A DNA stretch of 64,000 bases from Eledone cirrhosa (taxonomy: Eukaryota): the NCBI GenBank assembly GCA_964016885.1, contig OZ024744.1, forward strand, positions 92,814,001 to 92,878,000, read 5' to 3'. A program made the position numbers and the translations under genes. Under the pieces are notes generated by a model. That model ran no database searches, was not told the DNA's origin, and saw only the letters and a program-made list of their open reading frames with translations. This document shows positions 26,701 through 41,400 of the stretch, piece after piece. Numbering within the stretch: the stretch's first letter is position 1; every line of letters begins with the position of its first letter.

Positions 26701-29700
26701 CTCTTGGTATCAGCCTCTTGGTATCAGTCTCTTGGTATCAATCTCTTGGTATCAGCCTCTTGGTATCAGTCTCTTGGTATCAGTCTCTTGATATCAACCT
26801 CTTGGTATCAGTCTCTTGGTATCGACCTCTTGGTATCAACCTCTTGGTATCAACCTCTTGGTATCAACCTCTTGGTATCAGCCTCTTGGTATCAACATCT
26901 TGGTATCAACCTCTTGGTATCAGTCTCTTGGTATCAGTCTCTTGGTATCAACCTCTTGGTATCAGCCTCTTAATATCAACCTGTTGGTATCAACCTCATG
27001 GTACTAGCCTCTTGGTACCAGCCTCTTGATATCTACCTCTTGGTATCAGCCTCTTGGTATCAGTCTCTTGGTATCGGTCTCTTGGTATCAACCATTTGGT
27101 ATCAACCTCTTGGTATCAGTCACTTGGTATCAGTCTATTGGTATCAGTCTATTGGTATCAGGCTCTTGTTATAACCCATTTGGTATCAGTCTCTTGATAT
27201 CAACCTCTTGGTAGCAGCCTCTTGGTATCAACCTCTTGGTATCAGTCTCTTGATATCAACCCCTTGGTATCAGCCTATTGGTATCAGTCTATTGGTATCA
27301 GTCTCTTGTTATCAGTCTCTTGGTATCGACCTCTTGATGTCGACCTCTTGGTATCAACCTCTTGGTAGCAGCCTCTTGGTATCAGGTTCTTGGTATCAGT
27401 CTATTGGTATCAGGCTGTTGGTATAACCCATTTGGTATCAGTCTCTTGATATCAACCTCTTGGTAGCAGCTTCTTGGTATCAACCTCTTGGTATCAGTCT
27501 CTTGGTATCAACCTCTTGGTATCAGCCTCTTGGTATCAGTCTATTGGTATCAGTCTCTTGGTATCAGTCTCTTTGTATCATCTCTTGGTATCAACCTCTT
27601 GGTATCAGCCTCTTGGTATAAACGTTATGGTATCTGTCTCTTGGTATCAACCTCTTTATATCAGCCTCTTCGTATCTACCTCTTGGTATCAGCCTCTTGG
27701 TAGCAGCCTCTTGGTATCAGTCTCTTGGTATCAGTCTCTTGGTATCAGTCTCTTGATATCAACCTCTTGGTATCAACCTCTTGGTATCAACCTCTTGGTA
27801 TCAAGCTCTTGGTATCCGCCACTTGGTATCAGTCTATTGGTATCAACCTATTGGTATCAGCCTCTTGGTATCAACCTCTTGGTATCAGCCTCATGGTACT
27901 AGACTCTTGGTATCAGCCTCTTGGTATCAGCCTCTTGGTCGCAGCCTCTTTGTATCAGCCTCTTGTTATCAGCCTCTGGGTATCAGTCTATTGGTATCAA
28001 CCTCTTGGTATAAGTCTATTGGTATCAGTCTCTTGGTATCAAATTCTTGGTATAAGTCTCTTGGCATCAACCTCTTGGTATCAGTCTCTTGATATCAACC
28101 TCTTGGTATCAATCTCTTGGGATCAACCTCTTGGTATCAAGCTCTTGGTATCAGCCACTTGGTATCAGTCTATTGGTATCAACCTATTGGTATCAGCCTC
28201 TTGGTATAAACCTCTTGGTATCAGCCTCATGGTACTAGACTCTTGGTATCAGCCTCTTGGTATCAGTCACTTGGTATCAGTCTCTTGGTATAAACCTCTT
28301 GGTATCAGTCTCTTGGTATCAGTCTCTTGGTATCAGTCTCTTGGTATCAGTCTATTGGTATCAGTCTCTTGGTATCAGTCTCTTGGTATCAACCTCTTGG
28401 TATCAACCTCTTGGTATCAGTCTCTTGGTATCACTCTCTTGGTATCAGTCTCTTGGTGTCAGTCTCTTGGTATCGACCTCTTGGTATCAGCCTCTTGGTA
28501 TCAACCTCTTGGTATCAGTCTCTTGTTATCAGTCTCTTGGTATCAGTCTCTTGGTATCAGCCTCTTGGTATCAGTCTCTTGGTATCAATCTCTTGGTATC
28601 AGTCTCTTGGTATCAGTCTCTTGGTATCAGTCTCTTGGTATCAACCTCTTGGTATCAGTCTCTTGGTATCAGTCTCTTGGTATCAACCTCTTGGAATGAG
28701 TCCCTTTGTATCAGTCTCTTGGTATCAGTCTCTTGGTATCAGTCTCTTGGTGTCAGTCTCATGGTATCGACCTCTTGGTATCAGCATCTTGGTATCAGTC
28801 TCTTGGTATCAGTCTCTTGGTATCAAGCTCTTGGTATCAGACTTTTGGTATCAGCCACTTGGTATCAACCTCTTGGTATCAACCTCTTGGTATCAGTCTC
28901 TTGGTATTAGTCTCTTGGTATCAACATCTTGGTATCAGTCTCTAGATATCAGTCTCTTGGTATGAGTCTCTTGGTATCAGTCTCTTGGTATCAGTCTCTT
29001 GGTATCAGTCTCTTGGTGTCAGTCTCTTCGTATCGACCTCTTGGTATCAGCCTCTTGGTATCAACCTCTTGGTATCAGTCTCTTGGTATCAGTCTCTTGG
29101 TATCAGTCTCTTGGTATCAGCCTCTTGGTATCAGTCTATTGGTATCAGTCTCTTGGTATCAGTCTCTTGGTATCAGTCTCTTGGTATCAGTCTCTTGGTA
29201 TCAACCTCTTGGTATCAGTCTCTTGGTATCAGTCTCTTGGTATCAGTCTCTTGGTATCAGTCTCTTGGTATCAGCCTCTTGGTATCAGTCTCTTGGTATC
29301 AGTCTCTTGGTATCAGTCTCTTGGTATCAGTCTTTTGGTATCAACCTCTGGGTATCAGTCTCTCGGTATCAGTCTCTTGGTATCAGCCTCTTGGTATCAG
29401 TCTCTTGGTATCAGTCCATTGGTATCAGTCTCTTGGTATCAGTCTCTTGGTATCAACATCTTGGTATCAACCTCTTGGTATCAGTCTCTTGGTATCAACC
29501 TCTTGGTATCAGTCTCTTGGTATCAGTCTCTTGGTATCAGTCTCTTGGTATCAGTCTCTTGGTATCAGTCTCTTGGTATCAGTCTCTTGGTATCAGCCTC
29601 TTGGTATCAGCCTCTTGGTATCAACCTCTTGGTATCAGTCTCTTGGTATCGACCTCTTGGTATCAACCTCTTGGTATCAGTCTCTTGGTATCAGTCGCTT

Positions 29701-30560
29701 GGTATCTGTCTCTTGGTATCAGTCTCTTGGTATCAACCATTTGGTATCAGCTACACGGTACCAACCTCTTGGTATCAGCTTCTCGGTATCAACATCTTGG
29801 TATCAGCCTCTTGGTATCAGCCACATGGTATCACCCTCTTGGTATCAGTCTATTGGTATCAGTCTCTTGGTATCAACCTCCTGGTATAAGTCTCTTGGCA
29901 TCAACCTCTTGGTATCAGTCTCTTGATATCAACCTCTTGGTATCAACCTCTTGGTATCAACCTCTTGGTATCAAGCTCTTGGTATCCGCCACTTGGTATC
30001 AGTCTATTGGTATCAACCTATTGGTATCAGCCTCTTGGTATCAACCTCTTGGTATCAGCCTCATGGTATTAGACTCTTGGTATCAGCCTCTTGGTATCAG
30101 CCTCTTGGTCGCAACCTCTTGGTATCAGCCTCTTGGTATCAGCCTCTGGGTATCAGTCTATTGGTATCAACCTATTGGTATCAGCCTCTTGGTATCAACC
30201 TCTTGGTATCAGTCTACTGGTATCAGTCTCTTGGTATCAAATTCTTGGTATAAGTCTCTTGGCATCAAACTCTTGGTATCAGTCTCTTGATATCAACCTC
30301 TTGGTATCAACCACTTGGTATCAACCTCTTGGTATCAAGCTCTTGGTATCAGCCACTTGGTATCAGTCTATTGGTATCAACCTATTGGTATCAGCCTCTT
30401 GGTATCAACCTCTTGGTATCAAGCTCTTGGTATCAGCCACTTGGTGTCAGTCTCTTGGTATCGACCTCTTGGTATCAGCCTCTTGGTATCAGTCTCTTGG
30501 TATCAGTCTCTTGGTATCAAGCTCTTGGTATCAGACTTTTGGTATCAGCCACTTGGTATC
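23740..30560. repeat. ~3.9-kb higher-order duplication (~23.7-26.6 kb vs ~27.6-30.6 kb)
   Basis: Offsets are 3862 (ORFs 23863/27725; 276x14-2) and 3974 (25977/29951; 284x14-2). Shared private markers: tataaacgtt, ctctttatatc, gggatcaacc, ggaatgag, ctctagata, tctctcgg, gtccattgg. Confidence 0.85.
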
Positions 30561-33236
30561 AACCTCTTGGTATCAACCTCTTGGTATCAGTCTCTTGGTA
30601 TCAGTCTCTTGGTAACAACATCTTGGTATCAGTCTCTTGGTATCAACATCTTGGTATCAGCCTCTTGGTGTCAGTCTCTTGGGATCAACCTCTTGGTATC
30701 AGTCTCTTGGTATCAGTCTCTAGATATCAGTCTCTTGGTATCAGTCTCTTAGTATCAGTCTCTTGGTATCAACCTCTTGGTATGAGTCTCTTGGTATCAG
30801 TCTCTTGGTATCAGTCTCTTGGTATCAGTCTCTTGGTATCAGTCTCTTGGTGTCAGTCTCTTGGTATCGACCTCTTGGTATCAGCCTCTTGGTATCAACC
30901 TCTTGGTATCAGTCTCTTGTTATCAGTCTCTTGGTATCAGTCTCTTGGTATCAGCCTCTTGGTATCAGTCTCTTGGTATCAATCTCTTGGTATCAGTCTC
31001 TTGGTATCAGTCTCTTGGTATCAGTCTCTTGGTATCAACCTCTTGGTATCAGTCTCTTGGTATCAGTCTCTTGGTATCAACCTCTTGGAATGAGTCTCTT
31101 GGTATCAGTCTCTTGGTATCAGTCTCTTGGTATCAGTCTCTTGGTGTCAGTCTCATGGTATCGACCTCTTGGTATCAGCCTCTTGGTATCAGTCTCTTGG
31201 TATCAGTCTCTTGGTATCAAGCTCTTGGTATCAGACTTTTGGTATCAGCCACTTGGTATCAACCTCTTGGTATCAACCTCTTGGTATCAGTCTCTTGGTA
31301 TCAGTCTCTTGGTATCAACCTCTTGGTATCAGTCTCTTGGTATCATCATCTTGGTATCAGCCTCTTGGTGTCAGTCTCTTGGGATCAACCTCTTGGTATC
31401 AGTCTCTTGGTATCAGTCTCTAGATATCAGTCTCTTGGTATCAGTCTCTTAGTATCAGTCTCTTGGTATCAACCTCTTGGTATGAGTCTCTTGGTATCAG
31501 TCTCTTGGTGTCAGTCTCTTCGTATCGACCTCTTGGTATCAGCCTCTTGGTATCAACCTCTTGGTATCAGTCTCTTGGTATCAGTCTCTTGGTATCAGTC
31601 TCTTGGTATCAGCCTCTTGGTATCAGTCTATTGGTATCAGTCTCTTGGTATCAGTCTATTGGTATCAGTCTCTTGGTATCAACCTCTTGGTATAAGTCTC
31701 TTGGCATCAACCTCTTGGTATCAGTCTCTTGGTATCAGTCTCTTGGTATCAGTCTCTTGGTATCAACCTCTTGGTATCAGTCTCTTGGTATCAGTCTCTT
31801 GGTATCAACCTCTTGGAATGAGTCTCTTGGTATCAGTCTCTTGGTATCAGTCTCTTGGTATCAGTCTCTTGGTGTCAGTCTCATGGTATCGACCTCTTGG
31901 TATCAGCCTCTTGGTATCAGTCTCTTGGTATCAGTCTCTTGGTATCAGTCTCTTGGTATCAGTCCTTCGGTATCAGTCTCTTGGTATCAGTCTCTTGGTA
32001 TCAACATCTTGGTATCAACCTCTTGGTATCAGTCTCTTGGTATCAACCTCTTGGTATCAGTCTCTTGGTATCAGTCTCTTGGTATCAGTCTCTTGGTATC
32101 AGTCTCTTGGTATCAGTCTCTTGGTATCACTCTCTTGGTATCAGCCTCTTGGTATCAACCTCTTGGTATCAGTCTCTTGGTATCGACCTCTTGGTATCAA
32201 CCTCTTGGTATCAGTCTCTTGGTATCAGTCTCTTGGTATCTGTCTCTTGGTATCAGTCTCTTGGTATCAACCATTTGGTATCAGCTACACGGTACCAACC
32301 TCTTGGTATCAGCTTCTCGGTATCAACATCTTGGTATCAGCCTCTTAGTATCAGCCACATGGTATCAACCACTTGGTATCAGTCTATTGGTATCAGTCTC
32401 TTGGTATCAATCTCTTGGTATAAGTCTCTTGGCATCAACCTCTTGGTATCAGTCTCTTGATATCAACCTCTTGGTATCAACCTCTTGGTATCAACCTCTT
32501 GGTATCAAGCTCTTGGTATCCGCCACTTGGTATCAGTCTATTGGTATCAACCTATTGGTATCAGCCTCTTGGTATCAGCCTCTTGGTATCAGCCTCTTGG
32601 TCGCAGCCTCTTGGTATCAGCCTCTTGGTATCAGCCTCTGGGTATCAGTCTATTGGTATCAACCTATTGGTATCAGTCTATTGGTATCAGTCTCTTGGTA
32701 TCAAATTCTTGGTATAAGTCTCTTGGCATCAACCTCTTGGTATAAGTCTCTTGGTATCAACCTCTTGGTATCAAGCTCTTGGTATCAGCCACTTGGTATC
32801 AGTCTATTGGTATCAACCTCTTGGTATCAGCCTCATGGTACTAGACTCTTCGTATCAGCCTCTTGGTATCAGCCTCTTGGTAGCAGCCTCTTGGTATCAG
32901 TATATTGGTATCAACCTATTGGTATCAGCCTCTTGGTATCAACCTCTTGGTATCAGCCTCTTGGTATCAGCCCCTTGGTATCAACCTCTTGGTAGCAGCC
33001 TCTTGATATCAACCTCTTGGTATCAACCTCATGGTACTAGCCTCTTGGTACCAGCCTCTTGATATCTACCTCTTGGTATCAGCCTCTTGGTATCAGTCTC
33101 TTGGTATCAACCATTTGGTATCAACCTCTTGGTATCAGTCACTTGGTATCAGTCTATTGGTATCAGTCTATTGGTATCAGGCTCTTGGTATAACCCATTT
33201 TGTATCAGTCTCTTGATATCAACCTCTTGGTAGCAG

Positions 33237-36200
33237 TCTCTTGATATCAACCCCTTGGTATCAGGCTATTGGTATCAGTCTATTGGTATCAGTCTCTTGT
33301 TATCAGTCTCTTGGTATCGACCTCTTGATATCGACCTCTTGGTATCAACCTCCTGGTAGCAGCCTCTTGGTATCAGGTTCTTGGTATCAGTCTATTGGTA
33401 TCAGGCTGTTGGTATAACCCATTTGGTATCAGTCTCTTGATATCAACCTCTTGGTAGCAGCTTCTTGTTATCAACCTCTTGGTATCAGTCTCTTGGTATC
33501 AACCTCTTGGTATCAGCCTCTTGGTATCAGTCTATTGGTATCAGTCTCTTGGTATCAGTCTCTTGGTATCAGTCTCTTGGTATCAACCTCTTGGTATCAG
33601 TCTATTGGTATCAGTCTCTTGGTATCAGTCTCTTGGTATCAGTCTCTTGGTATCAGTCTCTTGGTATCAGTCTCTTGGTATCAACCTCTTGGTATCAGTC
33701 TCTTGGTATCAGTCTCTTGGTATCAGTCTCTTGGTATCAGTCTCTTGGTATCAGCCTCTTGGTATCAGTCTCTTGGTATCAGTCTCTTGGTATCAGTCTC
33801 TTGGTATCAGTCTTTTGGTATCAACCTCTGGGTATCAGTCTCTTGGTATCAGTCTCTTGGTATCAGCCTCTTGGTATCAGTCTCTTGGTATCAGTCCTTT
33901 GGTATCAGTCTCTTGGTATCAGTCTCTTGGTATCAACATCTTGGTATCAACCTCTTGGTATCAGTCTCTTGGTATCAACCTCTTGGTATCAGTCTCTTGG
34001 TATCAGTCTCTTGGTATCAGTCTCTTGGTATCAGTCTCTTGGTATCAGTCTGTTGGTATCAGTCTCTTGGTATCAGCCTCTTGGTATCAGCCTCTTGGTA
34101 TCAACCTCTTGGTATCAGTCTCTTGGTATCGACCTCTTGGTATCAACCTCTTGGTATCAGTCTCTTGGTATCAGCCTCTTGGTATCTGTCTCTTGGTATC
34201 AGTCTCTTGGTATCAACCATTTGGTATCAGCTACACGGTACCAACCTCTTGGTATCAGCTTCTCGGTATCAACATCTTGGTATCAGCCTCTTGGTATCAG
34301 CCACATGGTATCACCCTCTTGGTGTCAGTCTATTGGTATCAGTCTCTTGGTATCAACCTCTTGGTATAAGTCTCTTGGCATCAACCTCTTGGTATCAGTC
34401 TCTTGATATCAACCTCTTGGTATCAACCTCTTGGTATCGACCTCTTGGTATCAAGCTCTTGGTATCCGCCACTTGGTATCAGTCTATTGGTATCAACCTA
34501 TTGGTATCAGCCTCTTGGTATCAACCTCTTGGTATCAGCCTCATGGTATTAGACTCTTGGTATCAGCCTCTTGGTATCAGCCTCTTGGTCGCAACCTCTT
34601 GGTATCAGCCTCTTGGTATCAGCCTCTGGGTATCATTCTATTGGTATCAACCTATTGGTATCAGCCTCTTGGTATCAACCTCTTGGTATCAGTCTACTGG
34701 TATCAGTCTCTTGGTATCAAATTCTTGGTATAAGTCTCTTGGCATCAAACTCTTGGTATCAGTCTCTTGATATCAACCTCTTGGTATCAACCACTTGGTA
34801 TCAACCTCTTGGTATCAAGCTCTTGGTATCAGCCACTTGGTATCAGTCTATTGGTATCAACCTATTGGTATCAGCCTCTTGGTATCAACCTCTTGGTATC
34901 AAGCTCTTGGTATCAGCCACTTGGTGTCAGTCTCTTGGTATCGACCTCTTGGTATCAGCCTCTTGGTATCAGTCTCTTGGTATCAGTCTCTTGGTATCAA
35001 GCTCTTGGTATCAGACTTTTGGTATCAGCCACTTGGTATCAACCTCTTGGTATCAACCTCTTGGTATCAGTCTCTTGGTATCAGTCTCTTGGTAACAACA
35101 TCTTGGTATCAGTCTCTTGGTATCAACATCTTGGTATCAGCCTCTTGGTGTCAGTCTCTTGGGATCAACCTCTTGGTATCAGTCTCTTGGTATCAGTCTC
35201 TAGATATCAGTCTCTTGGTATCAGTCTCTTAGTATCAGTCTCTTGGTATCAACCTCTTGGTATGAGTCTCTTGGTATCAGTCTCTTGGTATCAGTCTCTT
35301 GGTATCAGTCTCTTGGTGTCAGTCTCTTGGTATCGACCTCTTGGTAACAGCCTCTTGGTATCAACCTCTTGGTATCAGTCTCTTGTTATCAGTCTCTTGG
35401 TATCAGTCTCTTGGTATCAGCCTCTTGGTATCAGTCTCTTGGTATCAATCTCTTGGTATCAGTCTCTTGGTATCAGTCTCTTGGTATCAGTCTCTTGGTA
35501 TCAACCTCTTGGTATCAGTCTCTTGGTATCAGTCTCTTCGTATCAACCTCTTGGAATGAGTCTCTTGGTATCAGTCTCTTGGTATCAGTCTCTTGGTATC
35601 AGTCTCTTGGTGTCAGTCTCATGGTATCGACCTCTTGGTATCAGCCTCTTGGTATCAGTCTCTTGGTATCAGTCTCTTGGTATCAAGCTCTTGGTATCAG
35701 ACTTTTGGTATCAGCCACTTGGTATCAACCTCTTGGTATCAGTCTCTTGGTATCAGTCTCTTGGTATCAGTCTCTTGGTATCAACCATTTGGTATCAACC
35801 TCTTGGTATCAGTCACTTGGTATCAGTCTATTGGTATCAGTCTATTGGTATAAGGCTCTTGGTATAACCCATTTTGTATCAGTCTCTTGATATCAACCTC
35901 TTGGTAGCAGCCTCTTGGTATCAACCTCTTGGTATCAGTCTCTTGATATCAACCCCTTGGTATCAGGCTATTGGTATCAGTCTATTGGTATCAGTCTCTT
36001 GTTATCAGTCTCTTGGTATCGACCTCTTGATATCGACCTCTTGGTATCAACCTCCTGGTAGCAGCCTCTTGGTATCAGGTTCTTGGTATCAGTCTATTGG
36101 TATCAGGCTGTTGGTATAACCCATTTGGTATCAGTCTCTTGATATCAACCTCTTGGTAGCAGCTTCTTGTTATCAACCTCTTGGTATCAGTCTCTTGGTA

Positions 36201-38443
36201 TCAACCTCTTGGTATCAGCCTCTTGGTATCAGTCTATTGGTATCAGTCTCTTGGTATCAGTCTCTTGGTATCAGTCTCTTGGTATCAACCTCTTGGTATC
36301 AGTCTATTGGTATCAGTCTCTTGGTATCAGTCTCTTGGTATCAGTCTCTTGGTATCAGTCTCTTGGTATCAGTCTCTTGGTATCAACCTCTTGGTATCAG
36401 TCTCTTGGTATCAGTCTCTTGGTATCAGTCTCTTGGTATCAGTCTCTTGGTATCAGCCTCTTGGTATCAGTCTCTTGGTATCAGTCTCTTGGTATCAGTC
36501 TCTTGGTATCAGTCTTTTGGTATCAACCTCTGGGTATCAGTCTCTTGGTATCAGTCTCTTGGTATCAGCCTCTTGGTATCAGTCTCTTGGTATCAGTCCT
36601 TTGGTATCAGTCTCTTGGTATCAGTCTCTTGGTATCAACATCTTGGTATCAACCTCTTGGTATCAGTCTCTTGGTATCAACCTCTTGGTATCAGTCTCTT
36701 GGTATCAGTCTCTTGGTATCAGTCTCTTGGTATCAGTCTCTTGGTATCAGTCTCTTGGTATCAGTCTCTTGGTATCAGCCTCTTGGTATCAGCCCCTTGG
36801 TATCAACCTCTTGGTATCAGTCTCTTGGTATCGACCTCTTGGTATCAACCTCTTGGTATCAGTCTCTTGGTATCAGTCTCTTGGTATCTGTCTCTTGGTA
36901 TCAGTCTCTTGGTATCAACCATTTGGTATCAGCTACACGGTACCAACCTCTTGGTATCAGCTTCTCGGTATCAACATCTTGGTATCAGCCTCTTGGTATC
37001 AGCCACATGGTATCACCCTCTTGGTATCAGTCTATTGGTATCAGTCTCTTGGTATCAACCTCTTGGTATAAGTCTCTTGGCATCAACCTCTTGGTATCAG
37101 TCTCTTGATATCAACCTCTTGGTATCAACCTCTTGGTATCAACCTCTTGGTATCAAGCTCTTGGTATCCGCCACTTGGTATCAGTCTATTGGTATCAACC
37201 TATTGGTATCAGCCTCTTGGTATCAACCTCTTGGTATCAGCCTCATGGTATTAGACTCTTGGTATCAGCCTCTTGGTATCAGCCTCTTGGTCGCAACCTC
37301 TTGGTATCAGCCTCTTGGTATCAGCCTCTGGGTATCAGTCTATTGGTATCAACCTATTGGTATCAGCCTCTTGGTATCAACCTCTTGGTATCAGTCTACT
37401 GGTATCAGTCTCTTGGTATCAAATTCTTGGTATAAGTCTCTTGGCATCAAACTCTTGGTATCAGTCTCTTGATATCAACCTCTTGGTATCAACCACTTGG
37501 TATCAACCTCTTGATATCAAGCTCTTGGTATCAGCCACTTGGTATCAGTCTATTGGTATCAACCTATTGGTATCAGCCTCTTGGTATCAACCTCTTGGTA
37601 TCAAGCTCTTGGTATCAGCCACTTGGTGTCAGTCTCTTGGTATCGACCTCTTGGTATCAGCCTCTTGGTATCAGTCTCTTGGTATCAGTCTCTTGGTATC
37701 AAGCTCTTGGTATCAGACTTTTGGTATCAGCCACTTGGTATCAACCTCTTGGTATCAACCTCTTGGTATCAGTCTCTTGGTATCAGTCTCTTGGTAACAA
37801 CATCTTGGTATCAGTCTCTTGGTATCAACATCTTGGTATCAGCCTCTTGGTGTCAGTCTCTTGGGATCAACCTCTTGGTATCAGTCTCTTGGTATCAGTC
37901 TCTAGATATCAGTCTCTTGGTATCAGTCTCTTAGTATCAGTCTCTTGGTATCAACCTCTTGGTATGAGTCTCTTGGTATCAGTCTCTTGGTATCAGTCTC
38001 TTGGTATCAGTCTCTTGGTGTCAGTCTCTTGGTATCGACCTCTTGGTAACAGCCTCTTGGTATCAACCTCTTGGTATCAGTCTCTTGTTATCAGTCTCTT
38101 GGTATCAGTCTCTTGGTATCAGCCTCTTGGTATCAGTCTCTTGGTATCAATCTCTTGGTATCAGTCTCTTGGTATCAGTCTCTTGGTATCAGTCTCTTGG
38201 TATCAACCTCTTGGTATCAGTCTCTTGGTATCAGTCTCTTCGTATCAACCTCTTCGAATGAGTCTCTTGGTATCAGTCTCTTGGTATCAGTCTCTTGGTA
38301 TCAGTCTCTTGGTGTCAGTCTCATGGTATCGACCTCTTGGTATCAGCCTCTTGGTATCAGTCTCTTGGTATCAGTCTCTTGGTATCAAGCTCTTGGTATC
38401 AGACTTTTGGTATCAGCCACTTGGTATCAACCTCTTGGTATCA
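33237..38443. repeat. Near-tandem duplication, offset 2702 bp (193 monomers): ~33237-35741 vs ~35939-38443
   Basis: ORF pairs 33451/36153, 34571/37273, 35299/38001 and 35593/38295 are all offset 2702 with near-identical translations. Related copies lie at ~29.0-31.3 kb (offset 4480 = 320x14) and ~39-40.5 kb. Confidence 0.92.
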
Positions 38444-41400
38444 ACCTCTTGGTATCAGTCTCTTGGTATCAGTCTCTTGGTATCAACCTCTTGGTATCAG
38501 TCTCTTGGTATCAACATCTTGGTATCAGCCTCTTGGTGTCAGTCTCTTGGGATCAACCTCTTGGTATCAGTCTCTTGGTATCAGTCTCTAGATATCAGTC
38601 TCTTGGTATCAGTCTCTTAGTATCAGTCTCTTGGTATCAACCTCTTGGTATGAGTCTCTTGGTATCAGTCTCTTGGTATCAGTCTCTTGGTATCAGTCTC
38701 TTGGTGTCAGTCTCTTGGTATCGACCTCTTGGTATCAGCCTCTTGTTATCAACCTCTTGGTATCAGTCTCTTGGTATCAGTCTCTTGGTATCAGTCTCTT
38801 GGTATCAGCCTCTTGGTATCAGTCTATTGGTATCAGTCTCTTGGTATCAGTCTCTTGGTATCAGTCTCTTGTTATCAACCTCTTGGTATCAGTCTCTTGG
38901 TATCAACCTCTTGGTATCAGTCTCTTGGTATCAGTCTCTTGGTATCAGTCTCTTGGTATCAGTCTCTTGGTATCAGCCTCTTGGTATCAGTCTCTTGGTA
39001 TCAGTCTCTTGGTATCAGTCTCTTGGTATCAGTCTTTTGGTATCAACCTCTGGGTATCAGTCTCTTGGTATCAGTCTCTTGGTATCAGCCTCTTGGTATC
39101 AGTCTCTTGGTATCAGTCCTTTGGTATCAGTCTCTTGGTATCAGTCTCTTGGTATCAACATCTTGGTATCAACCTCTTGGTATCAGTCTCTTGGTATCAA
39201 CCTCTTGGTATCAGTCTCTTGGTATCAGTCTCTTGGTATCAGTCTCTTGGTATCAGTCTCTTGGTATCAGCCTCTTGGTATCAGCCTCTTGGTATCAACC
39301 TCTTGGTATCAGTCTCTTGGTATCGACCTCTTGGTATCAACCTCTTGGTATCAGTCTCTTGGTATCAGTCTCTTGGTATCTGTCTCTTGGTATCAGTCTC
39401 TTGGTATCAACCATTTGGTATCAGCTACACGGTACCAACCTCTTGGTATCAGCTTCTCGGTATCAACATCTTGGTATCAGCCTCTTGGTATCAGCCACAT
39501 GGTATCACCCTCTTGGTATCAGTCTATTGGTATCAGTCTCTTGGTATCAACCTCTTGGTATAAGTCTCTTGGCATCAACCTCTTGGTATCAGTCTCTTGA
39601 TATCAACCTCTTGGTATCAACCTCTTGGTATCAACCTCTTGGTATCAACCTCTTGGTATCAAGCTCTTGGTATCCGCCACTTGGTATCAGTCTATTGGTA
39701 TCAACCTATTGGTATCAGCCTCTTGGTATCAACCTCTTGGTATCAGCCTCATGGTATTATACTCTTGGTATCAGCCTCTTGGTATCAGCCTCTTGGTCGC
39801 AACCTCTTGGTATCAGCCTCTTCGTATCAGCCTCTGGGTATCAGTCTATTGGTATCAACCTATTGGTATCAGCCTCTTGGTATCAACCTCTTGGTATCAG
39901 TCTACTGGTATCAGTCTCTTGGTATCAAATTCTTGGTATAAGTCTCTTGGCATCAAACTCTTGGTATCAGTCTCTTGATATCAACCTCTTGGTATCAACC
40001 ACTTGGTATCAACCTCTTGGTATCAGGCTCTTGGTATCAGCCACTTGGTATCAGTCTATTGGTATCAACCTATTGGTATCAGCCTCTTGGTATCAACCTC
40101 TTGGTATCAAGCTCTTGGTATCAGCCACTTGGTGTCAATCTCTTGGTATCAACCTCTTGGTATCAGCCTCTTGGTATCAGTCTCTTGGTATCAGTCTCTT
40201 GGTATCAAGCTCTTGGTATCAGACTTTTGGTATCAGCCACTTGGTATCAACCTCTTGGTATCAACCTCTTGGTATCAGTCTCTTGGTATCAGTCTCTTGG
40301 TAACAACATCTTGGTATCAGTCTCTTGGTATTAACATCTTGGTATCAGCCTCTTGGTGTCAGTCTCTTGGGATCAACCTCTTGGTATCAGTCTCTTGGTA
40401 TCAGTCTCTAGATATCAGTCTCTTGGTATCAGTCTCTTAGTATCAGTCTCTTGGTATCAACCTCTTGGTATGAGTCTCTTGGTATCAGTCTCTTGGTATC
40501 AGTCTCTTGGTATCAGTCTCTTGGTGTCAGTCTCTTGGTATCGACCTCTTGGTATCAGCCTCTTGGTATCAACCTCTTGGTATCAGTCTCTTGGTATCAG
40601 TCTCTTGGTATCAGTCTCTTGGGTTCAGCCTCTTGGTATCAGTCTATTGGTATCAGTCTCTTGGTATCAGTCTCTTGGTATCAGTCTCTTGGTATCTGTT
40701 TCTTGCTATCAGTCTCTTGGTATCAGTCTCTTGGTATCCGTCTCTTGGTATCAGTCTCTTGGTATCAGTCTCTTGGTATCAGCCTCTTGGTATCAGTCTC
40801 TTGGTATCAGTCCTTCGGTATCAGTCTCTTGGTATCAGTCTCTTGGTATCAACATCTTGGTATCAACCTCTTGGTATCAGTCTCTTGGTATCAGTCTCTT
40901 GGTATCAGTCTCTTGGTATCAGTCTCTTGGTATCAGTCTCTTGGTATCAGTCTCTTGGTATCACTCTCTTGGTATCAGCCTCTTGGTATCAACCTCTTGG
41001 TATCAGTCTCTTGGTATCGACCTCTTGGTATCAACATCTTGGTATCAGTCTCTTGGTATCAGTCTCTTGGTATCTGTCTCTTGGTATCAGTGTCTTGGTA
41101 TCAACCATTTGGTATCAGCTACACGGTACCAACCTCTTGGTATCAGCTTCTCGGTATCAACATCTTGGTATCAGCCTCTTAGTATCAGCCACATGGTATC
41201 AACCACTTGGTATCAGTCTATTGGTATCAGTCTCTTGGTATCAACCTCTTGGTATAAGTCTCTTGGCATCAACCTCTTGGTATCAGTCTCTTGATATCAA
41301 CCTCTTGGTATCAACCTCTTGGTATCAACCTCTTGGTATCAAGCTCTTGGTATCCGCCACTTGGCATCAGTCTATTGGTATAAACCTATTGGTATCAGCC

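Noticed and set aside
7-27587. Register returns to the starting phase after exactly 14 deletions
   Set aside because: This depends on the arbitrary window start, so it is a numerical coincidence. It is useful only as a check on the indel count.
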